From the IMG/VR virus record IMGVR_UViG_3300032030_000023, positions 62,001 to 124,640 of that record: 62,640 bases of DNA; one strand, 5' to 3'. Below the pieces are notes generated by a model, which searched no databases, was not told where the DNA came from, and saw nothing but the letters and a program-made list of their open reading frames with translations. How positions within the stretch are numbered: the first letter of the stretch is position 1; each line of letters opens with the position of its first letter. The DNA is from an uncultured virus (IMG/VR IMGVR_UViG_3300032030_000023) (lineage: Duplodnaviria; Heunggongvirae; Uroviricota; Caudoviricetes). The translations under genes and the position numbers were made by a program. Shown here piece by piece: positions 46,193 through 56,820 of the stretch.

Positions 46193-46843
46193 ATGAAAGA
46201 TTTTCCAAGTGAATATACTTATATAGATGAACATGGACAAGTTTGGTATAAAACTTATCAAATGAAAAAAGTAGAAGTTGACGATTTAAATCCATATATT
46301 TTAAGTGGATTACCAGTTGTTATAAATCCAGAAACTACCGTTGAAACTTTATTTGATACTATTAATAAATATGATCTATTAAAAGTAAATTGTATTGCTT
46401 TTGATTCTTTTTATAAAGAGTTAAAGTCTAAAACTAAGGAACCTGATGAAGGATATTTAGTTTTTTCATGGGATGGTATTAGTTTAGACAATAGCTTTCA
46501 AAATACATTATATCCAATGAATTCTGTTTGTATGGAAAAAGATAATAAGACGTATGCTATTGATTTAGTAAATACATCAGAATTAAGAAATTTAAAAATT
46601 AAGATTAATTTAGATTTTAATATCTATGATGATCATGGTAATATACATAAAACAGCAAGCGTTAGACCTACACTTTATCAAGTAATTTATGGTCTTTTTT
46701 GGGAATTAAGCTTTCATGGCACTCCAGAAAATAGAGATAATATTAAAGAAGATCTTAAAAAGACTATTGAAGAACTAAAACAAGAAGATTTAGCAACATA
46801 TACTTCAGCAGATGATTTATTTAATGATTTAAATAAAAAATAA
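46193..46843 (+). CDS. hypothetical phage protein
   Basis: TLYQVIYGLFWELSFHGTPENRD motif. Confidence 0.75.
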   Translation: MKDFPSEYTYIDEHGQVWYKTYQMKKVEVDDLNPYILSGLPVVINPETTVETLFDTINKYDLLKVNCIAFDSFYKELKSKTKEPDEGYLVFSWDGISLDNSFQNTLYPMNSVCMEKDNKTYAIDLVNTSELRNLKIKINLDFNIYDDHGNIHKTASVRPTLYQVIYGLFWELSFHGTPENRDNIKEDLKKTIEELKQEDLATYTSADDLFNDLNKK

Positions 46844-46905
46844 ATTATTCGCTTTACTTCTTAGGTAGTATGGTTCTATTATAATATTATCTAAGGAGGT
46901 TAATA

Positions 46906-47346
46906 ATGAAAATTTATGTATCGCGTTCGAAACACTTTATGGGTTATACTTTAATAGGTGATCATAATAAAGAATATAATACAAAAGTTGTTAAGTTAAC
47001 GGATAATAATTATGAAGAATGCATACAAATGGCTTTGTTTTATAAATTAATTAACAAACCTATTTTCACAAAAATCTCTCCTTCTATATACATGCATTCT
47101 GGTATTAATAAATTTTCAAATGAATTAACTTCCTTAGATTATTATAATATAAAAGATTTAGCTACTAAAAATAAATTCTTCCAAAAATATTCGAAAATAA
47201 CAGGGCAAGTATTGCAATTTATCCCTTTAAAAGAATATACAGATAAAGATAATGAAATTTTAGCTAATCTTTATTCTCAACTTAATATTTGTGAAAGAAA
47301 TTTCGCAATTCTAAATAATAAACTATATCAATCACAAAGCTTATAA
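46906..47346 (+). CDS. hypothetical protein
   Basis: AAGGAGG RBS. Confidence 0.7.
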   Translation: MKIYVSRSKHFMGYTLIGDHNKEYNTKVVKLTDNNYEECIQMALFYKLINKPIFTKISPSIYMHSGINKFSNELTSLDYYNIKDLATKNKFFQKYSKITGQVLQFIPLKEYTDKDNEILANLYSQLNICERNFAILNNKLYQSQSL

Positions 47347-47356
47347 AGGGATAAAA

Positions 47357-47722
47357 ATGGCTAATATACTCATTTTAGAAGATACGGAAAGTTATGCTAA
47401 ATTACTATCTTTCATTGCTAAAAAATTAGGACATAATGTAGCAAATTTTACAAAACCTAGTGATGCAATTAAGCAAAATATGGTTAAGCATGCTGATTTA
47501 ATTATATCTGATTTTGAAATGGATGATGGCGAAACTGCCTTAGATTTATTAGAATATTTAAAAAATAATAATATTTTAAAACCAGTTATTATTAATTCTG
47601 GAACAGCAAATGTAAATAAAATTATAGAAGATGCTGGTTATGATAATTTTGTTAATTTTTATGCTGATAAATTAGGTAATGTAGAGTATTTTAAAGAATT
47701 AATCACTAATGTATTAGCATAA
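47357..47722 (+). CDS. stand-alone CheY-like response-regulator receiver
   Basis: ILILED, DLIISDFEM (phospho-acceptor Asp), PVIINSG, ADK. Confidence 0.85.
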   Translation: MANILILEDTESYAKLLSFIAKKLGHNVANFTKPSDAIKQNMVKHADLIISDFEMDDGETALDLLEYLKNNNILKPVIINSGTANVNKIIEDAGYDNFVNFYADKLGNVEYFKELITNVLA

Positions 47723-47800
47723 AATTTTGTTTTACTTTTTAAAAAATCTATGATATACAATCTTATAAAAGGTTGTATATTTTTTATTGGAGTGACTAAA

Positions 47801-47938
47801 ATGTCTGAATCTGAAAAATTAGAGAGTTATAGAAAAACACTTGAACAAATTAAAAATATGATAGAAAGCGAAAGATCAGATAAGGATGCGTTATTATCTG
47901 AAATAGTACTCATTATAGAACAAGAATTAAAAATTTAA
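47801..47938 (+). CDS. small hypothetical protein
   Basis: GGAG RBS after promoter copy at about 47722-47759. Confidence 0.55.
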   Translation: MSESEKLESYRKTLEQIKNMIESERSDKDALLSEIVLIIEQELKI

Positions 47939-47978
47939 ATTTTTGGTTTTACATTTAACATTTTTTATATTATATAAT
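47938..47978 (+). promoter_or_regulatory. repeated early-type promoter
   Basis: 28 nt identical to the copy at 35579. Confidence 0.8.
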
Positions 47979-48008
47979 AATTATCAATTATAAATGAAAG
48001 GATAAAAA

Positions 48009-48671
48009 ATGTCAATAAGTACAACACGTATTAGAGTCGATGATTTAACATTTAATTCTATTAAAGAGGCTACAGAATACTTAAATTTTAAGCCTTATGA
48101 AATTACAAACGCTTTACATAAAGGTGATAAAGTCGTTTACAAAAATCATTTTATACAAAGATTAGATCCAATTCTTAGAAAGAATAAGAAAGCTCCATGT
48201 AAATCTTTAAAAGAAGGTACATTACATCTTACTACCAATAATACAAATATTAGTAAAGCAGAACATAAGCGTGTACCTGTATTATGTGTAACAACAAATA
48301 AGGTTTATAATAGTATTTCAGAATTAGCTAAAGAGTTAAAAATGCATCAATGGACATTAAGTGTTAAGTTAGAATCCGCTGGAAAATTCATTGATAAAGA
48401 TGGTAATGTTTATGTTCGTCAAATTCCAATGAAGAGACGCTCTTCTAATCCATTACAGCAGTCTCCTGCAACTCTAGATTTAGAAAGATCAAAAGCCTTA
48501 AGTGGAATTCAACATACTGTTTCAGAAGAAATAAATACGAATGAAGCTATTAAGACTGTTTCTGGTTTAAAAATGCTAGAACAAGCTGGAATTACTTTAG
48601 CTTATGACAAGCAATTTGCTAATTCTGCCAAAGTCTTTGGTTTATTGGCTGAAATTTATAGAAGCGAATAA
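48009..48671 (+). CDS. NUMOD1-like DNA-binding repeat protein
   Basis: FNSIKEATEYL and VLCVTTNKVYNSISELAKEL. Confidence 0.65.
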   Translation: MSISTTRIRVDDLTFNSIKEATEYLNFKPYEITNALHKGDKVVYKNHFIQRLDPILRKNKKAPCKSLKEGTLHLTTNNTNISKAEHKRVPVLCVTTNKVYNSISELAKELKMHQWTLSVKLESAGKFIDKDGNVYVRQIPMKRRSSNPLQQSPATLDLERSKALSGIQHTVSEEINTNEAIKTVSGLKMLEQAGITLAYDKQFANSAKVFGLLAEIYRSE

Positions 48672-48692
48672 GTTTTTTATTTTGTTTGGAAT

Positions 48693-48726
48693 AAAGACCT
48701 ATTTCTTAAAGATTTAGGTCTTTTTT
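48693..48726 (+). terminator. intrinsic terminator
   Basis: AAAGACCTA...TAGGTCTTT plus T tract. Confidence 0.75.
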
Positions 48727-48790
48727 GTTGTACAAGTTCTTAAAAACATGATATAATATATTATATTTCGAAAAATATAGGAGAAGTGTC

Positions 48791-48958
48791 ATGTTTACAA
48801 ATAAATACATAGTTCATCCTCAAAACGATTTAAAATCACAATTTGCTGAAGAATTTGATTCGAAACAAGAAGCAGAAAAGCGTTGTGATGAATTGAATAC
48901 TAAACTCACAAAAATTGTTTGGGTTATTTCCACGATCTTAGTAAATACAGGGTGGTAA
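48791..48958 (+). CDS. 55-aa hypothetical protein (not in ORF track)
   Basis: AGGAG RBS; FDSKQEAE motif. Confidence 0.6.
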   Translation: MFTNKYIVHPQNDLKSQFAEEFDSKQEAEKRCDELNTKLTKIVWVISTILVNTGW

Positions 48959-48960
48959 TA

Positions 48961-49003
48961 AATTTTTCGCTTTACAAATTCCTTTGTTAGGTATATATAT
49001 AAT
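48961..49003 (+). promoter_or_regulatory. repeated early-type promoter
   Basis: AATTTTTCGCTTTACA. Confidence 0.6.
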
Positions 49004-49028
49004 ATATATCTTAATGAAGGAATTTTTT

Positions 49029-49700
49029 ATGTCAAATAGATTCGAATTAACTAAAGATTTATATATAATTACAGGTCTTTCTGGTACTAGACTTGAGCCG
49101 TGTATTGGTCATACATATGAATACCGTATGTTTTCTTGTGTTAGATCTATCAAAACACGTAAAAATATAAAAGCTCATTTAGTATTAGATAGTACTTGGA
49201 CTAATGATAGTGGTGCTAGATTAAATCTTAAACATGACGCCGATCTCAATCGTATTTTCTTTATGAATAAACTTTATAAGCAAGATGAGGATTTTAACAT
49301 TGATAATTACTTAGCATATAATGATTATATATATTTTTATTATATACCATGTCAAGGAGGCAATGGTTTTTATCAAGATATTGAAGTACTAAATAATGAA
49401 AAAGCTGTTGATAAGTTTATTAAAGCATTGGATGATAAATATACTTGTCCAAAAGGAAATTTTTATAAGTACAGAATCGTAGAATGCGATTATGAAAATA
49501 CAGATAGATTACAATATCTAGAAAAGCAACAACAAGAATTAAATAATTTAAAGAATATATGTATGAGTAATTCATTTATAAAAGATGTTACGAGTAATGC
49601 AATTACTTTAGATGAAAGTAAAATTAGAAAAATTATTGATAAATATTTAGCTCGTAATAATGTTAAATTTAAGCGTAAATACTATATTTATCTTCTATAG
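49029..49700 (+). CDS. hypothetical protein
   Basis: GAAGGA RBS. Confidence 0.75.
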   Translation: MSNRFELTKDLYIITGLSGTRLEPCIGHTYEYRMFSCVRSIKTRKNIKAHLVLDSTWTNDSGARLNLKHDADLNRIFFMNKLYKQDEDFNIDNYLAYNDYIYFYYIPCQGGNGFYQDIEVLNNEKAVDKFIKALDDKYTCPKGNFYKYRIVECDYENTDRLQYLEKQQQELNNLKNICMSNSFIKDVTSNAITLDESKIRKIIDKYLARNNVKFKRKYYIYLL

Positions 49701-49713
49701 GATATAAAATAAT

Positions 49714-49992
49714 ATGATGACAAAACAATATGTAAAGAAACAGTTAAAAGTTGAGTTGAATGATGAAGGTGCAGCTCCTTGTAAGCATTGTCTTAAATCT
49801 AAAAAGAAATTCGTTTATCCGAAAATAGTAAATGTTGATGAATTATATTATGCTCAGTGTCCAGAATGTAAATATTATGACATTTATGAGTTTTTAGGAT
49901 TGTCACGTAAAAAAGCTATAAAGATTTGGAATAATACTATGTTATTTACAGGATCTGGAAATAATAAAGAGGATTATGATGACTACTGCTGA
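49714..49992 (+). CDS. Lar-like zinc-finger protein
   Basis: PCKHC...QCPEC...AIKIWN. Confidence 0.55.
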   Translation: MMTKQYVKKQLKVELNDEGAAPCKHCLKSKKKFVYPKIVNVDELYYAQCPECKYYDIYEFLGLSRKKAIKIWNNTMLFTGSGNNKEDYDDYC

Positions 49993-50434
49993 TAGAGAAA
50001 TACAATGGCTTAAATATTTTATGAATTTGGCAAAAAATGTATCTGAAATGTCAAAAGATCCAAGTCATAAAATAGGAGCAGTTATCGTTGATCAAAATAA
50101 AAGAATTGTAAGTACAGGGTTTAATGGATTTGCTAGAAATATAGTAGATTCAGAAGAACGTCTTAATAATAAAGAAATTAAGAGAAAACTTACTTTACAT
50201 GCAGAAGAAAATGCTGTTTCTTTTGCTAAAAGAGATTTAACTGGTTGTGATATTTTTGTATATGGATATCCACCGTGTACACATTGTACTAGTTTATTAA
50301 TTCAATCTGGTATTCAATGTATTTATTATTATAATCCAACAAATAAAGTATCTGATCATTGGAAAGATGATTTTGAATTAGCAGAAACTATTGCCAATGA
50401 AGCAGATATTCCGTATTTAGAATTAGACATTTAG
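49976..50434 (+). CDS. dCMP deaminase
   Basis: SKDP, IGAVIV, GFNG, HAEENA, PCTHC. Confidence 0.92.
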   Translation: MMTTADREIQWLKYFMNLAKNVSEMSKDPSHKIGAVIVDQNKRIVSTGFNGFARNIVDSEERLNNKEIKRKLTLHAEENAVSFAKRDLTGCDIFVYGYPPCTHCTSLLIQSGIQCIYYYNPTNKVSDHWKDDFELAETIANEADIPYLELDI

Positions 50435-50443
50435 GAGGAATTT

Positions 50444-51196
50444 ATGCATTTAAGTAAAAGTTTACCGAATTATATACGTGATAAGTATATAAAATACGGT
50501 AAAATGAGTATTAATGACATTATAAACAATGTTCATAATATGACGTTTAATGAAAAAGTAAATTACATTAGACATAATTATACATATTATAATACTAATG
50601 AAGATCTTTTTTATGAAGCTGATAATAAAACACTAAATAATAGAGGTATTTGGTTAAATAAGTTAATTGCAGCAGTTATATATAAGAAATATACACCAGA
50701 TGTATTAAAAGATTTTAACGAATTAATTTTAAAATGGAGAAAAGCTAAAGATACTGATCATGTTTATTTAACAACTTTAGAAATTGCGAATAAAGAAATA
50801 TCTAATAATAAATATGATCTTTGGTTTGAAAATAATTTTAATACATTTAGTATTCCAAATGATCTTACGTGTAAAACGTTTATTGATAAAATAGATCAAT
50901 TAGCTTTAATAAAATCATATGTACAAGATTCATTAGATATGATTGAGCTTCAAGAGTTTTTAAATTCGAGCTATGTAGAACTTTTAAAAAAGGCTAAGGA
51001 GTGGTTAAATTCACGTAAACCTGATCTATCAAATTTAGAAAAAAATAAAGAAAAAGTTAAAAAATTAGCTATAGCTTGTTTAGTAAAGAAAACTCAACGA
51101 AAAGAAGAATTAAAACAGCAAAAACTTGAAGAAGCATATATATTAGATAAAATGAAAAGTTATGATAGCTATAAAAGAAAACAACAAGCAGTTTAA
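50444..51196 (+). CDS. hypothetical protein
   Basis: AGGAGG RBS; VNYIRHNYTYY. Confidence 0.75.
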   Translation: MHLSKSLPNYIRDKYIKYGKMSINDIINNVHNMTFNEKVNYIRHNYTYYNTNEDLFYEADNKTLNNRGIWLNKLIAAVIYKKYTPDVLKDFNELILKWRKAKDTDHVYLTTLEIANKEISNNKYDLWFENNFNTFSIPNDLTCKTFIDKIDQLALIKSYVQDSLDMIELQEFLNSSYVELLKKAKEWLNSRKPDLSNLEKNKEKVKKLAIACLVKKTQRKEELKQQKLEEAYILDKMKSYDSYKRKQQAV

Positions 51197-51211
51197 TATA
51201 AGGTAAATACT

Positions 51212-53170
51212 ATGATGAATGAACAAATTAAAAATATTTTAGAAAAATGTAATGAAGCATATTCTAAAGGTGAAGTATATTTTCTTAAAGATGATGAGTA
51301 TCCAGTTGTAGAACAAGAATTTAATATAGTTATTCCACATTTAGATGTAGATGATCACTTATATGATATTATTTATTTTTGTGCTAAAGAAAAATGGCCA
51401 GATGATGAATTTTTCAATAAATTAACTTCTGAGAATACTGGTTATGGTATAGATATAACACATGAAATTCCAATGGGTAGTATGGAAGAACTTAAAGAAG
51501 GTGATTTGGAAAAATGGATTGGAAATCACAAAGATTTTGTAATTTCTGATAAATTAGATGGTTGTTCTATTATTTTAACTTATATAAATGGACAATTGAT
51601 TAAGGCTGCGACTCGTGGACATGGTATAACAGGAAAAGATGTTATGCGTCATATTAAACAAGTTCCAAGTATACCTAAATATATAGACTATAAAGATAAA
51701 TTAATTGTTCGAGGTGAACTTCTTTTCAAAAAGAATATGATTCAATCTATACTTGATGATATCGAATTAAAAACAGGTAAAAAACAAAAGAATGGTCGTA
51801 ATACTATTGCAGGTGCATTAAATAGAAAAGATACAGATATTAATATTTTTAATAATTGTAAATTTGTAGCTTACTGGACGTCTGAAAATTTAGGAACATT
51901 AAGAGCCTTTAAGCAATTAGAAGATTTTGGTTTTTTAGTGCCTTACTATCAAGAATGTTCTAATGAAATATTAACAGATGAAAATTGTTTAGAAATAGTA
52001 AAAACTCGTTTAAAATTTTCTAATTATGAATTAGATGGTATAATAATTACTCAAAATGATTATACTGATACTGGATTTGTTGGTAATACAATCAATCCAA
52101 AATGTTCACGTAAATTTAAAATGGGTATTTATGATAATATTGCTGAATCTAAAGTTGTAAATATTGATTGGAAAATTAGTAGATGGAATGTATTTACACC
52201 AGTATTAGAGATTGAACCAACTGAAATATGTGGTTGTACAGTTACTAATATTACAGCTCATAATTATGAAAATGTTTTGAATGTAAAATGTGGTATTGGT
52301 TCTAAAATTAAATTTAGTAGAGCTGGATTAGTTATTCCTAAACTAGAAGAAGTATTAGAACCTTCTGAAGAATATAACTTACCTAATTGTAAAACCAAAA
52401 AGGTGGGTGTAGATTTAGTATTTGATGAAGAAGATCCGTATTCAGATGAGAATTTATTTACATATGCTAGAGAACGAGACATTCAAGCACTTGATAATTT
52501 TGGTAAAAAACTAAAAATAGATCAATGGGGTTACGGTAATTGTGCTAAATTATATGATCACTTCTTCTTTACTGATAGTATTATTTTAGCTCCTGTAGAT
52601 GTATTTAATATTCCTGATTCATTATTTACATACTTAATAGGTAAGAATGGTGAAAAGATAGTTAGTAGTCTTAATACTATTAAACAAAATATTTCTGAAA
52701 TAGTATTTGCATCTGCTTGTGGTTTATTTGGACAAGGTATAGGTGAATCAATTTTAAAATTAGTATATGATAAATATAACACTTTGGAAGTATCAAAAGA
52801 ACATCTAGAAGCTTTAGAGGGTTTTGGAGATACTCGTATAGAACAATACTTAGAATGCTTACCAGAATATGTTAGAGCAAAAGAATATGTAAATGGATTA
52901 GGTATAACTTTTGATAATAATATTGTACAAAAAACATCTAATAATTTAGAAGGTATTGTAGTATGTTTTACTGGTATTAGAGATAAAGACTTTTCTAAAT
53001 TTATAAATGATAATGGAGGAGTAGCTAGTGATAATTGGAAATCTTCAACAACTCACTTGATTGTAAAAGATAAGAATATAACAACTTCTAAAATGCAAAA
53101 AGCTCTTGATAAAGGTTGTAAAATATTAACATTAGAAGAAGCATATAAGGAATTTAATTATGAACGATGA
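51212..53170 (+). CDS. ligA: NAD-dependent DNA ligase
   Basis: KLDG, TRGHG, RGE, RN, DGIII, RAG-x-VIP, C-terminal BRCT (VCFTG). Confidence 0.93.
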   Translation: MMNEQIKNILEKCNEAYSKGEVYFLKDDEYPVVEQEFNIVIPHLDVDDHLYDIIYFCAKEKWPDDEFFNKLTSENTGYGIDITHEIPMGSMEELKEGDLEKWIGNHKDFVISDKLDGCSIILTYINGQLIKAATRGHGITGKDVMRHIKQVPSIPKYIDYKDKLIVRGELLFKKNMIQSILDDIELKTGKKQKNGRNTIAGALNRKDTDINIFNNCKFVAYWTSENLGTLRAFKQLEDFGFLVPYYQECSNEILTDENCLEIVKTRLKFSNYELDGIIITQNDYTDTGFVGNTINPKCSRKFKMGIYDNIAESKVVNIDWKISRWNVFTPVLEIEPTEICGCTVTNITAHNYENVLNVKCGIGSKIKFSRAGLVIPKLEEVLEPSEEYNLPNCKTKKVGVDLVFDEEDPYSDENLFTYARERDIQALDNFGKKLKIDQWGYGNCAKLYDHFFFTDSIILAPVDVFNIPDSLFTYLIGKNGEKIVSSLNTIKQNISEIVFASACGLFGQGIGESILKLVYDKYNTLEVSKEHLEALEGFGDTRIEQYLECLPEYVRAKEYVNGLGITFDNNIVQKTSNNLEGIVVCFTGIRDKDFSKFINDNGGVASDNWKSSTTHLIVKDKNITTSKMQKALDKGCKILTLEEAYKEFNYER

Positions 53171-53504
53171 TTTGAAAACATATGTTGTACGTAATGATGG
53201 AACAAGTGATCCAGAAATTATAAATGATAATTATAAAAAATATACAGTTAGGGACTTTATACCAGACTATTCAGAAATTGCAACAGTAGATTGGGTAAAA
53301 GGAATTGTTGAACAAAATGAAACTATTGAAGATTTATATAAGAAAATATATGATAAATTAGTAGAAATAAATCCTGAAGAAGCAGAAAAATATGAGACTT
53401 ATTTAAAAATTTATAACGGTGATTATAGAACTACCGTCTTGTTAATTGAAACTAATACATTAGAGGTTAAATCTTCAGATGTATTAAAACTTTTAAAAAA
53501 ATAA
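53160..53504 (+). CDS. hypothetical protein
   Basis: AAGGA RBS. Confidence 0.65.
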   Translation: MNDDLKTYVVRNDGTSDPEIINDNYKKYTVRDFIPDYSEIATVDWVKGIVEQNETIEDLYKKIYDKLVEINPEEAEKYETYLKIYNGDYRTTVLLIETNTLEVKSSDVLKLLKK

Positions 53505-53574
53505 ATTTTCGATTTTATTTTAATTAATATCTATCATAATATAGTTCTATAAAATAATAAAAGGAGATTTTTTC

Positions 53575-53976
53575 ATGAAATTATTTAATTTATTCAAAAA
53601 GAAAAGCAAAGATATAATATCTTATGACTTAAATACTATATTATCTAATAAAAAAGTATTTGGTTGGGGTGATGTATATGAAGCTATTGGTATGATGAAT
53701 GAAGTAAATGCTATTAATGAAAAAGAAACAGGAAAATACCATTATAAAAATATTCGCGCTAATGAAAATACTATTAGAAAGATTGAAGATCTTACTTTAG
53801 ATAATTTAATCAATACAAAAAATAAATTTTCTAAAATGTATAAACCAGAATATTTAAAGCGTAAGCACGCTATGGATTCTCTTTGTTGGGCTCCGTTTAG
53901 TGATAAAACAATTAAAGATGATGTTATTATCATGCTTTTACCTAAACATAAAGATTTTACAAAAGGATTTGAATAA
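53575..53976 (+). CDS. hypothetical protein
   Basis: AAGGAG RBS. Confidence 0.7.
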   Translation: MKLFNLFKKKSKDIISYDLNTILSNKKVFGWGDVYEAIGMMNEVNAINEKETGKYHYKNIRANENTIRKIEDLTLDNLINTKNKFSKMYKPEYLKRKHAMDSLCWAPFSDKTIKDDVIIMLLPKHKDFTKGFE

Positions 53977-54158
53977 TGACAGAAACTGAAGAAAATAAAG
54001 AAAAGAGTTTATCTGATATTTTAGGAATGAGTTTTAAAGAAGATGGTTCTTGGGAAGCTAAAGATATTGGTGAAACTCCAGTTTATCGTAAATTAAATAG
54101 AAAAGAACGTAGAATACAAAAAGCAACATTGAGAAAGATATCTAAAAGGAAAAAATAA
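53976..54158 (+). CDS. small protein with basic C-terminus
   Basis: NRKERR motif; coupled start. Confidence 0.6.
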   Translation: MTETEENKEKSLSDILGMSFKEDGSWEAKDIGETPVYRKLNRKERRIQKATLRKISKRKK

Positions 54159-54607
54159 TGTACGTTAATGTAGATGTTTATGATTATGTAGACGCTGATG
54201 TAGAAATAAACGAATCCTTTATTGATAAATTACAAGAAAGATTAGAATACTTTGTTGTAAAGAATTTTGAAAAAGAAGAAGATCGTGATAAGTATCAAGA
54301 ACATATAGACGCTATTGTAGAGTTATTACAAAAAGAACAATATAATAATTATTCATTACCTGATGTAAGTATTTATATTGATCAAGTAGATGTAGATGAT
54401 GATAATATTCCTGAAAAAGATAATTATGGTAATGGATATGATGATGCTAAAAATGAATTTGAACAATATAAAGATAGACTAAAATCTATAAAATCACCAT
54501 TGTTGTTAAAAATTGAAAGAAAAGCATATAATTATGGTAAGCAAGAAGAAATCACAAGAGAAGATTGTAAAGAATTAAGTAAATTATTCGAAAGCGGATA
54601 TTTTTAA
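54158..54607 (+). CDS. acidic hypothetical protein
   Basis: coupled ORF. Confidence 0.7.
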   Translation: MYVNVDVYDYVDADVEINESFIDKLQERLEYFVVKNFEKEEDRDKYQEHIDAIVELLQKEQYNNYSLPDVSIYIDQVDVDDDNIPEKDNYGNGYDDAKNEFEQYKDRLKSIKSPLLLKIERKAYNYGKQEEITREDCKELSKLFESGYF

Positions 54608-55585
54608 ATGGTAAAAATAAGAATAATATCAGATTTGCATTATACAAGAGGCATTAATGGTCCGGATTATGATAAAACGTATAAACAATCTGGTTTATGG
54701 CATTATTTTGGTAAAAAATTACAAGAAGATGTTGATTATACTTTAATTGCAGGTGATATATGTGAAGGTATAGAAAAGCATAAAGAGTTTTTTGAAGCTT
54801 TCTTTCCTATGAAAAGAGTAGTTTTTGTAGACGGTAATCATGTTTGTTATAAAGAAGGATTACCGTCACTTTCTGAAATTAAACAACAACTAAAAGATGA
54901 ATTTCCTATAGATCATATATTTTGGCATTATTTAGAAAATGATTGGTATCAATTAGACACTAATATATATGTTATTGGTAGTACTTTTTATACTGATTAT
55001 AATTACTGTGATTTAACTTTAGAAGAAATGAATAAACATAAAAAAGCATGGGAAGATTGTGTTGCTTTATGGTTAAGAAAACCTGAAGAATTTGTACCTT
55101 ATGAAAAACTTACTAAAAGTATTATAAGATATGAGACAATGTTTGTTGCTTCTGATAGATTAAATGATTTTAGATGGGGTTATGAAACAAAAGGATTACA
55201 TTTAACACCAGAATATTATCTTAAATTACATAAATTAGCTAAAAAAGAAGTAAAAAGATGCCATGATGAAATAGTAGCTTTAAATCCTGTTGCTAAAATA
55301 ATACTTATGACTCATCATTGTTTATCACCAAAAACTATTAGTGAAAAATATAGAAAAGGTCTTATGAATGCCAGTTATACTTCAGATCTCGAAAAATGGG
55401 TTGATAAAGAATTACCTAATGTTAGATTAGTTGTTTCTGGTCATGTACATAATAGGTGTGATTTTACATTTGGTAAAAGAAAAGTTAGATATATAGTAAA
55501 TCCTTGTGGCTATATTAATTATCATGAACCGTTCGATGAACCTAAGTTTAATCCAAATTTAATAATTGATACTAAAAACTTATAA
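54608..55585 (+). CDS. calcineurin-like metallophosphoesterase
   Basis: SDLH, AGD, GNH, THH, GHVH. Confidence 0.9.
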   Translation: MVKIRIISDLHYTRGINGPDYDKTYKQSGLWHYFGKKLQEDVDYTLIAGDICEGIEKHKEFFEAFFPMKRVVFVDGNHVCYKEGLPSLSEIKQQLKDEFPIDHIFWHYLENDWYQLDTNIYVIGSTFYTDYNYCDLTLEEMNKHKKAWEDCVALWLRKPEEFVPYEKLTKSIIRYETMFVASDRLNDFRWGYETKGLHLTPEYYLKLHKLAKKEVKRCHDEIVALNPVAKIILMTHHCLSPKTISEKYRKGLMNASYTSDLEKWVDKELPNVRLVVSGHVHNRCDFTFGKRKVRYIVNPCGYINYHEPFDEPKFNPNLIIDTKNL

Positions 55586-55599
55586 TAAGGAGAATACAT

Positions 55600-56208
55600 A
55601 TGGAAGTAGTATATTCAGAACAAGATCAAAATTTGATTTTAGTGCATTTAGACGAAGAAACAAAAGCGAATTTAGATGAAGTGGTTACAGATTTAAAAGC
55701 TTTAACTACTTTTGAAAATGTAACAGATATTATTGATGAAAATATTGTAGAAAAGTATTTAGAAGATCATAATATCAGTTTAGCTAAAGGTTTTAAAGGT
55801 CAAGTTGGTACACCTTATGCTGTAATGCGATATATTACTTTATATAATCAAAGTATAGAAATGATTAATAAAGTACAAGAAGATTTAAATACTTTGATTA
55901 CTATGCCCAATATAAAGTATATTCTTTATAAAGACTTATCAAATAAAGTTACGTTTTATAAAGTACTCAAGGAAAACAGTGATGAAAAACCACAGAATTT
56001 AGATGTACGTTATAGATATGATGATGAAGATGATACAATTATTTATTCATTACCTGCTACTTCATTTAGCTGGGATATATCAAAATCACAATTAAAAGCA
56101 TTACTCGAAAATAAAGAACTTCCAGTTGCTGTATCTGCAAGTAAAAATAATAAAGAAGATGTTTCATTAACATATAATGGTATTAAAATTACTGTTACAA
56201 AAGCTTGA
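55600..56208 (+). CDS. hypothetical protein
   Basis: AAGGAG RBS. Confidence 0.75.
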   Translation: MEVVYSEQDQNLILVHLDEETKANLDEVVTDLKALTTFENVTDIIDENIVEKYLEDHNISLAKGFKGQVGTPYAVMRYITLYNQSIEMINKVQEDLNTLITMPNIKYILYKDLSNKVTFYKVLKENSDEKPQNLDVRYRYDDEDDTIIYSLPATSFSWDISKSQLKALLENKELPVAVSASKNNKEDVSLTYNGIKITVTKA

Positions 56209-56353
56209 TATTAAAAAAAATAAACTATTTGGAAATTTAATGTGAATAATTTTTAATTAATGACTTTACTGTTTTATTATTTGTATTATTATTAAAAATG
56301 TAATAAGGTTATCTTATTTTAACTTAATGTTTTTACAAACAAAGGAGTAAGAA

Positions 56354-56752
56354 GTGGGGACAGTAAAAATCAGAATGAATACTTGGTCACGCTGTGGAAA
56401 TCGAGAAACGAAATTTAAGCGTAACATAGCTGCTAGAGATGGCTTTATAGATTATGATAAGCAATCTAAAAAAGTTATTTTTAAGCCAACAGAATGGAAA
56501 TGGAAAGCATATGATACATCAATTCCACGCCGTTCAGATAGAGATTATATCGCAAATAAAAGAGAAAGTTATTCTGGATTATGTTTTTCGTCTAAAAGTG
56601 ATGCTGAATACTTTATGAAAAAACATAAGACTGAATTAGATGCAATAGCAGCAGAAAATCCTTTATTTGATAGATGGACAGTTATGAATTGCATATCACG
56701 CTTTAAACCAAATCATATAGAATTATACGGTAAAGATATTATTGAAGATTAA
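56354..56752 (+). CDS. hypothetical protein
   Basis: AAGGAG RBS, GTG start. Confidence 0.7.
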   Translation: MGTVKIRMNTWSRCGNRETKFKRNIAARDGFIDYDKQSKKVIFKPTEWKWKAYDTSIPRRSDRDYIANKRESYSGLCFSSKSDAEYFMKKHKTELDAIAAENPLFDRWTVMNCISRFKPNHIELYGKDIIED

Positions 56753-56820
56753 AAATCCATAAATATTATCTACCTATCGAAAACAAAGCATTTACAATTT
56801 CAAAGGGAGAAATAGAAAAG

